Assembly: GCF_037042905.1 (NCBI RefSeq)
Contig: NC_087246.1
Coordinates: 4,652,001 to 4,716,000 of the forward strand
DNA length: 64,000 nt
Direction: 5' to 3'
Source of the DNA: Lytechinus pictus
Taxonomy: Eukaryota
The stretch's first letter is position 1, and each line of letters opens with the position of its first letter. The position numbers were made by a program, and so were the translations under genes. Under the pieces are notes generated by a model. That model did no database searches. It was given only the letters and a program-made list of their open reading frames with translations, and was not told the origin of the DNA. Below are positions 25,445 through 36,751 of the stretch, in pieces.

Positions 25445-26550
25445 CCCTGCATGGAGTCAGTTGTTACTCTATTATAAAAATTATCTTTTGATAATTGACG
25501 ACCAATATCTTTACTCAGTATCGACTACAAAATTGCAGCTCGGGTTTTAGCGATGCGTTTACAGAAAATGTTATCATCATTAAATTGATCAATGTGGATC
25601 GGCATGCGAAAATGTTATGCTTGCTAAAGATATTATTGACTCTTAATTGTAAATTTAAAAGTTCCTGTGGCATTATCAATTTTTTTTAGATTTTCTAAAA
25701 GCATTCGACAATGTGAACCACTCATTTCTGTTTAAAACATTAAAGTTTAAGGAATCGTTTATAAGTTGGACTAAGATGTTACATAAACATGCTCAAGGTA
25801 GAGTACTACAATGCATGTGGTTGGTTATCAGAATAAAGGTGTAAGACAAGGGTGTCCATTGTCAGCATAGTGGTTTATTTTGTTTTCAGAGATTTTAGCA
25901 ATTCGTATTATTAAAAGAAAATGATAAAATCAGAGGTATAGATGTTTCAGGGTATTGTTTATGCTTACCACACAGAAAGATGAAAATAACACTGTTCGCA
26001 GACGATACGACGATATTCATTAATTCGATTAAATCCCTTCATAATATTATGAAAGAGATAAATAATTCCGGTTCCAAAAATTCCAAAGTAAATTGGAATA
26101 AGACAAACATGTTAAAAATAGGGATATTTAACTTAGAAAGATAAGAAGCGAGTTTGATTTTACCGATGATCCTGTCAAGTATTTAGGAATGTTTGTGTGT
26201 GGGGGGATGAAGAGTATATACGAAAGCTCATTTGTGAAGGGAAAATTGAAAAGGTCAATAACATACTAAAAGCATGGAAAATGAGTCAGCTTACATGTAA
26301 CGGTATAATTATAAATATGAAATGTTTAATTGTGCCTCAAATCGTTTATGTTGGTATGTTTATTCCAATGCCAGACTATGTATGCAAGGGTTTACATAAG
26401 ATATGGAATTCAAAGCGTGAGAAAGTTAAACGTAATGTTTGTGTCAGACCGATAGTTGAAGGTGGTCTTGGTATGATCGATCTATATTCGAAATCAAAAT
26501 CACTTATATTGTCTTGGATAAATTCCTTTTTAAAGAGGGATTTTGGGTAG
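25445..26550 (+). mobile_element. Decayed Tx1/L1-clade reverse transcriptase fragment
   Basis: DFLKAFDNVNH, GVRQGCPLS, LFADDTT, VKYLG, GGLGMID in the expected order across frameshifts. Confidence 0.9.
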
Positions 26551-27020
26551 AAATTGGCACTTAAATGGCACTTTCAAAATAGGCACTTACACAAGAAAGG
26601 GGTTTTCAGGCTCCTCCTAAGGTGAAAGGGGCATAGTACACGTTCATGATGGGACATTTTTATTGCGTAAAAAAGGGCACCTTTTCAATGCTTCAAAAGA
26701 TGGTGGACACTGTGCCCCTACCCCCCCCCCCCGCATGACAGTAAAAAATCCGGCTCGCGATTTGCACTCGCATTAATTGTTAAAACAATATTAACGCATG
26801 CATTTGATAAATACAAAAGTACAAAAATCAAAAGGCCTTAATATCAACAAACTTCTTGCTCATATTAGGCTTATTAGATTAATGAATACATAATAACATT
26901 TTGATGAAATCCGAATAATCGAATGTGCCCCTTTTTAAGAATTGGAAATCGACAAGTTTCATCTCGCACTGAGAAAGAGGAATAGGAAGACAGTCATCAT
27001 TTTTACATGGTGACGCATAG

Positions 27021-27838
27021 CATAGGCGGATCCAGTGGGGGGGCTGAGGGGCCCGCCCCCCCCTATTGGCAGAGCAAAAAAAAAAGAAAAAAAGGGGAAA
27101 GAAAGAAAAAAAAGAAAAAGAGAGGACAAAAAAAAAGGAGAAACATAAGAGGAGGAAGACGAGTGAATAAAAAAAGATGAGGGGAAGAGCTGGAAAATAA
27201 TTTTAAAAGTATTTCATGTCACCATACAGTATAAAATTTTCGCTCGCGCTTCGCGCTCTCATTGACTTTTAGGTGATTTCTATATATCTTGCTTAATACA
27301 GAGCTTAAGTATAAAATGTTGAAGTCAATATACAAAACATATTTCAACTCGGAAATTTAACTTTTATTATTTTGTTTGATTTACAATTTTTTTTTTAAAA
27401 TGTGCTCTGTAAAAATTTCTTGTTTTATGGTCTGAATATTAATATTTTCAGCTTGCGACGCGCTCGCAAAATTTGATTATTCAGGTACCTATTATTTTCC
27501 TGTACTCCATAAAGTTATCAAAACTTAAGATCCCTATTCACGTCAGATTGTCAAAACGTATCGGCTTGCGCTGCTCGTTCGCGTTTTCCATCGTTGAAAT
27601 ATGGATCGTCTTATTGGCTATCTGCAAACAGGTCCCTTTCGATCAGGCCAGAACGTACATTAAAATATTTTGCGCTCACACTGTTTGAATGGGGCGTATG
27701 AGATTATAAGGTGACAAGAATAAAGCGAATACAAGAAGTGTCAATTACAACTACCCCTTTACCGATCGAGGAAAATATGGTTAAACAAATTTGTGCCCCC
27801 CCCCCCCCACATACTGGCAAAAGTTGAATCTGCCCCTG
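27021..27838. mobile_element. hAT-like MITE family carrying the CGCTCGCGCTTCGCGCTCGC motif
   Basis: Starts CATAGGCGGATCCAG; internal homology to 42675-44052; no clear TSD. Confidence 0.55.
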
Positions 27839-27864
27839 TACCAATGCGTCATCATGTGATTGAA

Positions 27865-29980
27865 AGCCAATAAAATAGTTTCTACCCCTAAAATCCAGTA
27901 GGTGCAATATATATAGCCCAATTTGATCCCCTCTCCCGGGGGGGGGGGGGGGGGCCACTTCCATTCACGAGTGGATACCATGCGCGACCATGGGGTCTCG
28001 AAAAGCACCCTAAACACGTAATTTCCATATTCTGAAAATGCACCCCTTAACAAGTATCGGCGTGTGAAACCCTACCCTTAACAAGTGTTGGTAACAAAAC
28101 GATACTCTTGGCAAATGTTTCCTGAAATGAACCCCTAAACAAGTACAGGAATTTTTTATTGTTACGGGTCCTTCGGTCGTCGGCTTTACCTTATTTTGGT
28201 TTAGTACGACCCCACCTTCTACACCTCGCGTAAATCGGACTCTAAACACGAAGTGTTGGGGCAAAATGGACATCCTTTATAAAACATTTAAATTTTGTTT
28301 TATCATTCCCGCAAATTCGACCCTAAACACGTAATTTTCCTAGCGAAATAGACACCCTTTTTTCATTATTTTGTGTTTTTGACACCCTTATCACGTTACG
28401 TACGTAACGTGCCCTATGGTGAAAAGGACATCCTTTTTACGTGTTTTTTTGGTCGCGCATGGTATCCACTCGTCAATATAAGTGGCCCCCCCGGGTCCCC
28501 TCTCCACTCGAATGTAAGGTTCTTGGAAGTACCCCTCCCCCCTCAAGCCAACAAATAGTTTATTCCCCTAAACCCCAGTAGGTACAATACGGTAATATAT
28601 ATAGGCCAATTTCATCCCCTCTCCAATTAAATGTTGGGTTCTTGGAAGTACCCCCCTTCAAATCCCTAAAATAGTTTATGCCCCTAAAACCCAGTAGGTA
28701 CAATATGGTAATATATATATGCCAATTTCATCCCCTCTCCAATTAAATGTAGGGTTCTTGGAAGTACCCCCCCCCCCCCTCAAGCCAAATAATAGTTTAT
28801 GCCCCTAAAACCCAGTAGGTACAATACGGTAATATATATAGGCCAATTTCATCCCCTGTCCAATTAAATGTAGGGTTCTTGGAAGTACCCCCCCCCCTCA
28901 AGCCAAATAATAGTTTATGCCCCTAAAACCCAGTAGGTACAATATGGTAATATATATATGCCAATTTCATCCCCTCTCCAATTAAATGTAGGGTTCTTGG
29001 AAGTACCCCCCCCCCTCAAGCCAAATAATAGTTTATGCCCCTAAAACCCAGTAGGTACAATACGGTAATATATATAGGCCAATTTCATCCCCTCTCCAAT
29101 TAAATGTAGGGTTCTTGGAAGTACCCCCCCCTCAAGCCAAAAAATAGTTTATGCCCCTAAAACCCAGTAGGTACAATACGGTAATATATATAGGCCAATT
29201 TCATCCCCTCTCCAATTAAATGTAGGGTTCTTGGAAGTACCCCCCCCTTCAAGTCCCTAAAATAGTTTATGCCCCTAAAACCCAGTAGGTACAATACGGT
29301 AATATATATAGGCCAATTTCATCCCCTCTCCAATTAAGTGTAGGGTTCTTGGAAGTACCCCCCCCCCTCAAGCCAAAAAATAGTTTATGCCCCTAAAACC
29401 CAGTAGGTACAATACGGTAATATATATAGGCCAATTTCATCCCCTCTCCAATTAAATGTAGGGTTCTTGGAAGTACCCCCCCCCCTCAAGCCTAAAAATA
29501 GTTTATGCCCCTAAAACCCAGTAGGTACAATATGGTAATATATATAGGCCAATTTCATCCCCTTTCCAATTAAATGTTGGGTTCTTGGAAGTACCCCCCT
29601 TCAAATCCCTAAAATAGTTTATGCCTCTAAAACCCAGTAGGTACAATATGGTAATATATATAGGCCAATTTCATCCCCTCTCCAATTAAATGTAGGGTTC
29701 TTGGAAGTTCCCCCCCCCCCTCAAGCCAAAAAATAGTTTATGCCCCTAAAACCCAGTAGGTACAATAAGGGAATATTATATAGGCCAATTTGATCCCTCT
29801 CCACTGAAATGTAGAGTTCTTTGAAGTACCCCCCCCCCCCTCCTTAAGCCAAAACATAATTTATACCCCTCAAACCCAGTAGGTGCAATATATATAAAGG
29901 CCAATTTGATCCCCTTTCCACTAAAATGTAGGGTACTTGGAAGAACCCCCCTCCCCCTTTCAAGCCAAATCCCCTCGAAT
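27865..29980 (-). repeat. ~120-bp array, about 13 units, inverted (right arm)
   Basis: Reverse complement of the 15770-20868 unit; innermost unit split by a MITE. Confidence 0.95.
27935..28495. mobile_element. MITE with CCCGGG ends and 8-bp TSD
   Basis: TIR CCCGGG(G)nCCACTT...ACGAGTGGATACCATGCGCGACCA; TSD TCCCCTCT at 27927-27934 and 28496-28503; second copy at 38944-39497. Confidence 0.9.
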
Positions 29981-31459
29981 TAAGATGACCTTTGACCTTG
30001 TTCAGGTGACCAGCAATAAGTTGATATTAAAAGTAAAACTCAATTACCCTTACATTCAAATTTCTTGGGGAAAATACAATTATTTTGTTAAAATTTTCAC
30101 CCTAAATGACCTTTGACCTTGATCATGTGACCTTCAACTCGGTCAGATAAACTTGATTGCCCTAATGCCAAAGTTTCAAGAAAAGATCCAGCTATAACAT
30201 ACAACAATGATGATGACAGCTCAATCATATTTGAATATTTGCCCTTTTAGCCGTCCATACTATGCTGGGATGATTTGCTGAAGTTAGAGGCCGGTAATGT
30301 ATACAGATATTTTACGCCCTTAAAACCCAGGATTACCGAGAGTTATACATTTTAATTTAATGGTCAATAATATTTACTCTTTCGGATTCTCGAAGTGATT
30401 TTAGCCTTTGCATTCAGTACGATGAGATTTTACTGTAATTTTCCCCCAATTTCACTTTTGTCGTCAAGAAGTTCTTGCGTAAAGATGAGATGATCAGCTA
30501 GTGCAGCGCAAACGGATTTAGCCAGAAGGGTGTCTGGGCATCTTTTGGATGCCCGTTTCCTCTGGAAGACGCCCTGGAAATTTTGCAAGACGCTCTGATC
30601 TAAATCATTTGGTGGACGCCCTTAAAATAAAACTGAAAGTCTCACAGTGAAATAAAATTATACAAGGTTTTCTATATTTCACAAGCAAAAATACAGAAAA
30701 CAAAATCATGTTTACAATTTTCCGCGATTTAATTAAATTGTATGCCAGTTTGTTTTTCCTGCTGCTCCAGCTCCTCACCAATCAATCTCCAAATCAGAGT
30801 GAACAATCTTGCATGAAAAATATTTTTTCCACCAAAATAATGCAAAATCCTGAAATTGTTCAATTATGTGGATTCTTAAATTATTGTTTTGGTGATGTGT
30901 TCGGAGGAGCAAGTTATTGAGCTTTCATGAGTACATGTAGTTTTTGTGTTGTGAACTTTGTGGACTTGTAGTGAGCAGAAATGTGAGTGTGCGTACAAGC
31001 GGCTAGTGTGCTGTAGCAGGTTATAATTTTCAAATTTGACAATGTCTCACCTTGAAATTGTAGTTATTTCTAAAACATCACTTTCTTGCTATTCTTTTTT
31101 CTTTGCTTCCATTCAAGTTCTTTCTCTCTTCCAATCCTTTTCTTTTTGTTCCTTCTTTCTTTCCTTCCTTTCTACATTTGTTCTTGCCTCCATTCTTTCC
31201 TTCCTTTCTACATTTGTTCTTGCCTCCATTCTTTCCTTCCTTTCTTTCACCATTTCTTTCATCCTGCCTTTCTTTTTTTTATTCCTTTTTTTTCCATTTG
31301 TTTTCATTGCATTCCTTCCCCTTTTCTTTTTGCTTTCCTTCCATCTTTCCTTTTCATTACTTTCATCCTTTCCTTCCATCCTTTTCTCCAATTATTTGAG
31401 TTAAGTTGATAAGTCATAATGTTATTTCATTTTATTTCATTTCAGACTAGTCATTAGTG

Positions 31460-33715
31460 ATGGAAGCAGAAGCTCAAGTGGTTGACCCTCCTTTTCATCA
31501 GGGCGGTCTTTCAGAGGCATCTTCTGAGATCCAAACTGTACCCAGAACTGCAGCCGTAGTCATCAAAGAAAATGAGAGTCCAGTAAACGATGCCAGTCAA
31601 AAGGTTGTAGGAGAAATGGAGGGGAAACATAATTTGGTAATTGCTCAAAGTTGTGATGCAGAATTTCCGCAAGCCTCAAAAGATCAAGTTGAGTCAAGGA
31701 ATGATAAACAAAATGAAGGAACTGCTTCCGTGGAACAGAGTGGCAGTGAAATGACTGATGGAACTGGTGTTATTGGTCAAAACTCTTCGGTCATATCAGA
31801 GACATTAATTGATGCAGCGTTAACATCAGAGCGATTACCCAGCCAACCAGAGCAAGATATACAAAAAGATACAAACAGTACTGTGAAATGTGCAGGGTGT
31901 GGAAAGGTCTTTGGTCAACCTTGTGCACTTCCAATGAGAGCTAACAGAGTGATGCTCTCTCTGTGTGATGACTGTGAGAACATAACTTCTGCTATGTTCA
32001 TTTGCATCAGCTGTGGGCAAGAATGTAGCAGTCTTGCTGCCCTTCGAGCACACAAACAAACACATGTAGTTCCTGAGCAGCGCATCTTTGTTTGTGAAAT
32101 GTGTGGTGTGGGTTTCCAGAGGCAGAATACTCTAGAGGAACACAAATGTGCAGTTCTTGCAAGCCAGCCAGATAACAAGTCTGATGAAAAAGCTACCAGT
32201 TTGCAGGAGCTTCAGGTACCCCTAAGCAAAGGTCGATCAAGAAAACCCAGGGTAACAAAGAAAGTAAGGGTGGAAGCCATTGTTAAAACATTGTCCAAAA
32301 TGAGTCAGCAGACTGAAAAGAAAGTCCCTGTAGTATCACATGACATATCTCAGAAAAAAACACAACCTGTAAAGCAAGTTCAATCGAAAAGGAAACAACA
32401 GGCCAGGGGTAGGAAGAAAACGATAAGAAAGACTCCTTTGCCAGTACCTCCAACTAAAGCAACATCAACTCTAAAGAAAAAATTATTAGTTGATTTTCAA
32501 CCTCCCTCAACAAGGAGGCCGAGAACTGTAAGGAAAGTCTTAACGGTACCAAAAGTGTTTGAATGTGAGCAATGCTCCGAATTTTTCACAGAAAGGAAAG
32601 AGCTAAAAAAACATAAGGCCATGCATAAAAAAGAAATATTTCAATGTGAGACATGCAAAAAAGAATTTAAATCAAAGCCTAGTCTTAAACGTCATGAGCT
32701 TACACATTCTGTAAGACCTACAACTGTTTGTGATATTTGTGATAAGACATTTCAGTCAATTCATACTTTGTTAACTCACAAAAAAACAGTTCATGTTGAT
32801 GAGAAGCCTTATGTGTGTGACATCTGCCATAAAGATTTTAAGCAGTTGGGTAACATGAAGACGCATCGACGCACACATACTGGGGAAAAGCCATTTGTGT
32901 GTACTGAATGTGGCCGGGCCTTCGCACAGATGGGTAATCTCCAGGCTCATATGGTCATCCATGCTGCGTCTAAACCCCATGTTTGTGAGATATGTGGCAA
33001 GTCTTTTTCATATCTCCGCAGTCTACAGAACCATATGCGAGGCACTCACACAGGGGAGCGTCCCTTTGCATGTGAAATTTGTGAAAAAACTTTCTCCAAC
33101 CAAAGCGTGCTTCGGGATCACAGACGAACTCATTCAGACAAAAGGGGCTACCTGTGTGACAAGTGTGGGAAAGGTTTCAAGAGTTATAAGAATCTGAAGC
33201 AGCATGAGAAATTCCACTTGGATGTGCGTCCCTACAGCTGCCAGGTGTGTGGGAAGGGGTTTGTTTGGTTCAAAAGCTTTCAGCTCCACAAAAGAACACA
33301 CACAGGTGAAAAGCCATATTCCTGTGATCAATGTGATAAGGTTTTCTCCAACATTGGATCTCTTAAGTGCCATAAACGGAAGCATATATATGATGGTTCA
33401 GCTCCACCTCGTAAGGGTCGCCCCACTTCTAAAACCCATCCTTCTAATATCAAAGGATCCCCTCCTCCATCTCCCCCTTCTGCCCCAAGCCAAATGATGG
33501 TCATCCCACACCCTAGTCTTCACCCAATTCCTACTAATACTAGAGACCATATGATTAACTCTATCCATCATCATGGAGATGGATCCTCTACTCCTACTAC
33601 TACTACAATTCATCATGCCATCCCAACTCATTCTCAAGCATACAATCATGCTGTCTATCCTCAAGCTCTTTGCTCTTTTGTCACAAATTCTACTGGAGAT
33701 TTTACCATTCTTTGA
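31460..33715 (+). CDS. C2H2 zinc-finger protein, 751 aa, single coding exon
   Basis: Ten tandem C2H2 fingers (TGEKP/TGERP linkers) plus one C2H2 and one C2HC finger N-terminally; ATG 31460 follows the ttcag acceptor at 31445 and an in-frame TAG at 31448. Confidence 0.96.
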   Translation: MEAEAQVVDPPFHQGGLSEASSEIQTVPRTAAVVIKENESPVNDASQKVVGEMEGKHNLVIAQSCDAEFPQASKDQVESRNDKQNEGTASVEQSGSEMTDGTGVIGQNSSVISETLIDAALTSERLPSQPEQDIQKDTNSTVKCAGCGKVFGQPCALPMRANRVMLSLCDDCENITSAMFICISCGQECSSLAALRAHKQTHVVPEQRIFVCEMCGVGFQRQNTLEEHKCAVLASQPDNKSDEKATSLQELQVPLSKGRSRKPRVTKKVRVEAIVKTLSKMSQQTEKKVPVVSHDISQKKTQPVKQVQSKRKQQARGRKKTIRKTPLPVPPTKATSTLKKKLLVDFQPPSTRRPRTVRKVLTVPKVFECEQCSEFFTERKELKKHKAMHKKEIFQCETCKKEFKSKPSLKRHELTHSVRPTTVCDICDKTFQSIHTLLTHKKTVHVDEKPYVCDICHKDFKQLGNMKTHRRTHTGEKPFVCTECGRAFAQMGNLQAHMVIHAASKPHVCEICGKSFSYLRSLQNHMRGTHTGERPFACEICEKTFSNQSVLRDHRRTHSDKRGYLCDKCGKGFKSYKNLKQHEKFHLDVRPYSCQVCGKGFVWFKSFQLHKRTHTGEKPYSCDQCDKVFSNIGSLKCHKRKHIYDGSAPPRKGRPTSKTHPSNIKGSPPPSPPSAPSQMMVIPHPSLHPIPTNTRDHMINSIHHHGDGSSTPTTTTIHHAIPTHSQAYNHAVYPQALCSFVTNSTGDFTIL

Positions 33716-34637
33716 TATTTCACTCAATTCATATAACTATACATATCACAAACATTGTGCATTGTAATGCTATACGGCGGGGTATGTTGACTTTGGTCAT
33801 GAAGTGAATTAAAGATTCTTTCAGCAACTTCTTCAGATTTCTAGAATTTTGCTCAGTCTCTCTAAACTTGCCATTTCAGTTCAAACATCTTCATGGTATG
33901 AATGTGTATGACAAGAATGATGTGAAACATGTATTACTCAGTTTCCTTTTAACATTTATTTTTACACAATTTCAACTCAAATGAGGTTACTGCACACCTT
34001 TTCTACTTTGTATAAAGCCATTTTCAAGCGATAATTCACAGGCTATTTGATCTCAGTAGTTGTCTGCAATCGCTAGATTTACAAAGTATAAGGATTGAAA
34101 GTAAATGCTAAGAGTGCCTTTGTTAAAGAAAATGTGAAAATGAACAAGAAAGAGGGGCTGAATATTCTCAAAGATTATAAAAACAAAATAAAGATTTCAT
34201 GACATGTGCATGTATCACTACACTTTTGTTAGAATGGACTGTTAGGTGATACTGATACTCCAATATAGTTGAAGTAATTTACCTTTATCAAAGCTTTAGA
34301 CTGGCTTTAATTGAACCATATGGGATTTTGTTTTTATGCCATTAATTAAAAAACGGTAGATGCATGTAATTGATTGACCTTTAAAGGGCATATCAGGTGT
34401 GAGTAAATGAATTTATATTTCTACATACAAAGTACTACAGGATGAGACTTGTGAACTCTGTACATACGGTAGAATAGGCAAAGTGTACATAGAACACCTA
34501 CATGTATTCCTTTTTAGGTACATTTTAATTACAGTCAAATTGTTTGGGATCACAGAAATCTGATAAACTTTTGGAGGAAATGGCTTTGAAGAGATGTATA
34601 TGGAAGAATATTTGACACTTAAATGCAATTATCTTGA

Positions 34638-35974
34638 AGGTCAAGTCCACCATAGATAAAAACAAAAAAGGAAGATTTTATTCAATAAAGAAAAATCAAA
34701 GAATCACGCTGAAAATTTCATCAAAATTGGATGGAAAGTGAGAAAGTTATGACATTTTAAAGTTTCGCTTATTTGTCACAAACAGTTATATGCACTTAGA
34801 GAGTCGATGATGTCCCTCATTATTTCTTTTGTTTTTCATTGTTTGACTTATACAATATTTCAATTTTGATAGATTTAGCAATAAAGACCATCTTGTTTGA
34901 ACCATAGAATTTTGATAGAATTGTAATTTCACTTGCTCAGGGAGTGAAACTCATACAAATTTATTTCACATGTCAATGATGAGTAAATTAGAATATTTCA
35001 TTTTACATGTAATGAAATGCAAGAGAGAATTGTGATTGGATTATGTCATTGGTCTCCTCATTTGCATACGGACAAGGATGTGAATATAATTGTTCTGTGA
35101 TATTCTGTGAAAATTAGAAATGTCATGACTTTCTTATTTTACATTCGACTTTTATGAAACTTTCAGTGTTATGCTTGTTTAATTTTTCTCTTTTCTTCGA
35201 AACCAACTTTTTTATATGCCGTCTCAACGGGACGTATTATGGTATCACGCTCGGTGTCCGACCATCCGTTAACTTTTCCTTGTAAACGCGATAACTTCAG
35301 TTTAACTTAACCTAGGGTCATATAATTTGGTGTGTATGATACTAGCATGGATTCCATGAAGCCTCATGATTTTGAGGTCAGAGGTCAAGGTCACTGACAT
35401 TTTCACCTTGCCCTTCTGCAGTCCTTGTAAATGCGATAACTGCAGTTTAACTTAACCTAGGCTCATATAATTTGGTGTGTATGATACTAGCATGAATCCC
35501 AGGAAGCCTATTGATTTTGAGGTCAAAAGGTCAAGGTCACAGAGACATATTTCCATCTTACCCTTCTGCAGTCCTTGTAAACATGATAAATTCAGTTTAA
35601 CTTAACCTAGGCTCATATAATTTGGTGTGTATGATACTAGCATGGATCCCAGGAATCCTCTTGATTTTGAAGTCAAAAGGTCAAACTTCAAGGTCACACT
35701 GACATGTTTTCATCTTGCCCTTCTAAAGTCCTTGTAAACGCGATAACTTTAGTTGAAAGCTTTAGTTTAATGTAACCTAGGCTCATATAATTTGGTGTGT
35801 ATGATACTAGCATAGATCCTAGCAATTCTATTGATTTGGAGGTCAGAAGGTCAAAGGTGAAGTCGCCATCTTCCACTATTCTTGCTTGACCAATAGCTCC
35901 ATTTTCCGCGTTACAGACGGGCATATTATGTGCTCGCCTTAGCGACACTCTTGTTATTGGGGTGGACTTGCCCT
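34638..35974. mobile_element. Kolobok-like MITE with nested HINE
   Basis: AGGTCAAGTCCACC ... GGTGGACTTGCCCT|TTAA; homologous to 852-1417. Confidence 0.75.
35208..35955 (+). mobile_element. HINE family B with about four ~150-bp tandem units
   Basis: ATATGCCGTC ... GACGGGCATAT subterminal inverted repeat; 3' hairpin GTGCTCGC/GCGACAC then CTTGTT; inserted in a T-run. Confidence 0.75.
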
Positions 35975-36110
35975 TTAAGGATACAGTGGTCACATTTTGA
36001 GAGAAAGTTAGTCTCGCAAGTAACAAGATTTTATAGGAAGGAAGATTTTAACAGATCCTTCCCATTCGCTCATTATTTATTTGTTATTGGTATTTGGTAT
36101 GCATATTATA

Positions 36111-36751
36111 CAGTTGAGGCCAGAAGTTTACATACACCCAGGAAATTCAGAGAAAAGTTGACACTTGCCAAACATCAAAAAATTTACTGGATCTTAAAAA
36201 AAAATCTGTGCTATCATGACAAATTTGATATCAAACAAATGAATATGTCATGCCCCTTCATCACATTGCTTTGTCATCAGGAGCTAAAAAATATTTAGGT
36301 GTCATTTTTCCCCAAAAAATCTTCATATTTTAGACAAACTAAAAATACAAACTTGACAAAAACATTTCATATTTGTGCTGGTTACTTCTCAACACAAACA
36401 TTTCAGATAACACTTTTTTGTTAAGTGGTGACATATCATGATAGAAAATGTAATATAAATGATAGAGTTGACATTTATTTATTTTTATGAAACAATGTTT
36501 GAAAATATAACAAACAATAGAATACATTTGGCACAAATATTACTTTTTTTTCTTCAAAGAAAATTCCACCTGAAATATACTATAACCCCAACGGCATCCC
36601 AATCATGTGAAAGCGTTCTTCCATTTGATACCAAACTCGTCATGGTAGTATTTTATTTCTGGATATATTGTAAATTTTACGATGTTTGGCAAGCGAACGA
36701 ATTTCACTAAATTCCATGTAATGGGTGTATGTAAAGATTTGTCCTCATCTG
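36111..36751. mobile_element. Tc1/mariner non-autonomous element
   Basis: TA|CAGTTGAGGCCAGAAGTTTACATACACCC ... GGGTGTATGTAAAGATTTGTCCTCATCTG|TA. Confidence 0.85.

Larger units (their letters stand above)
15398..30337. mobile_element. Giant non-autonomous Foldback-type DNA transposon with Merlin-like ends
   Basis: 8-bp TSD GAGAGTTA at 15390-15397 and 30338-30345; termini GGTAATCCTGGG / CCCAGGATTACC; ~370-bp near-identical inverted outer domains followed by inverted ~120-bp arrays. Confidence 0.92.

Noticed and set aside
23350..26550. One inverted (twin-primed) LINE, or an autonomous gene of the foldback
   Set aside because: Both fragments include the same ORF2 region with different sequences, so they are two elements; both are disrupted and are not transposases.
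31036..31409. Overlapping Phe/Ser- or Lys/Glu-rich ORFs
   Set aside because: Low-complexity pyrimidine tract with a short tandem duplication, in the intron before the acceptor.
31457..31459. GTG start in the ORF track
   Set aside because: Eukaryotic gene; the next codon (ATG 31460) is the plausible start.
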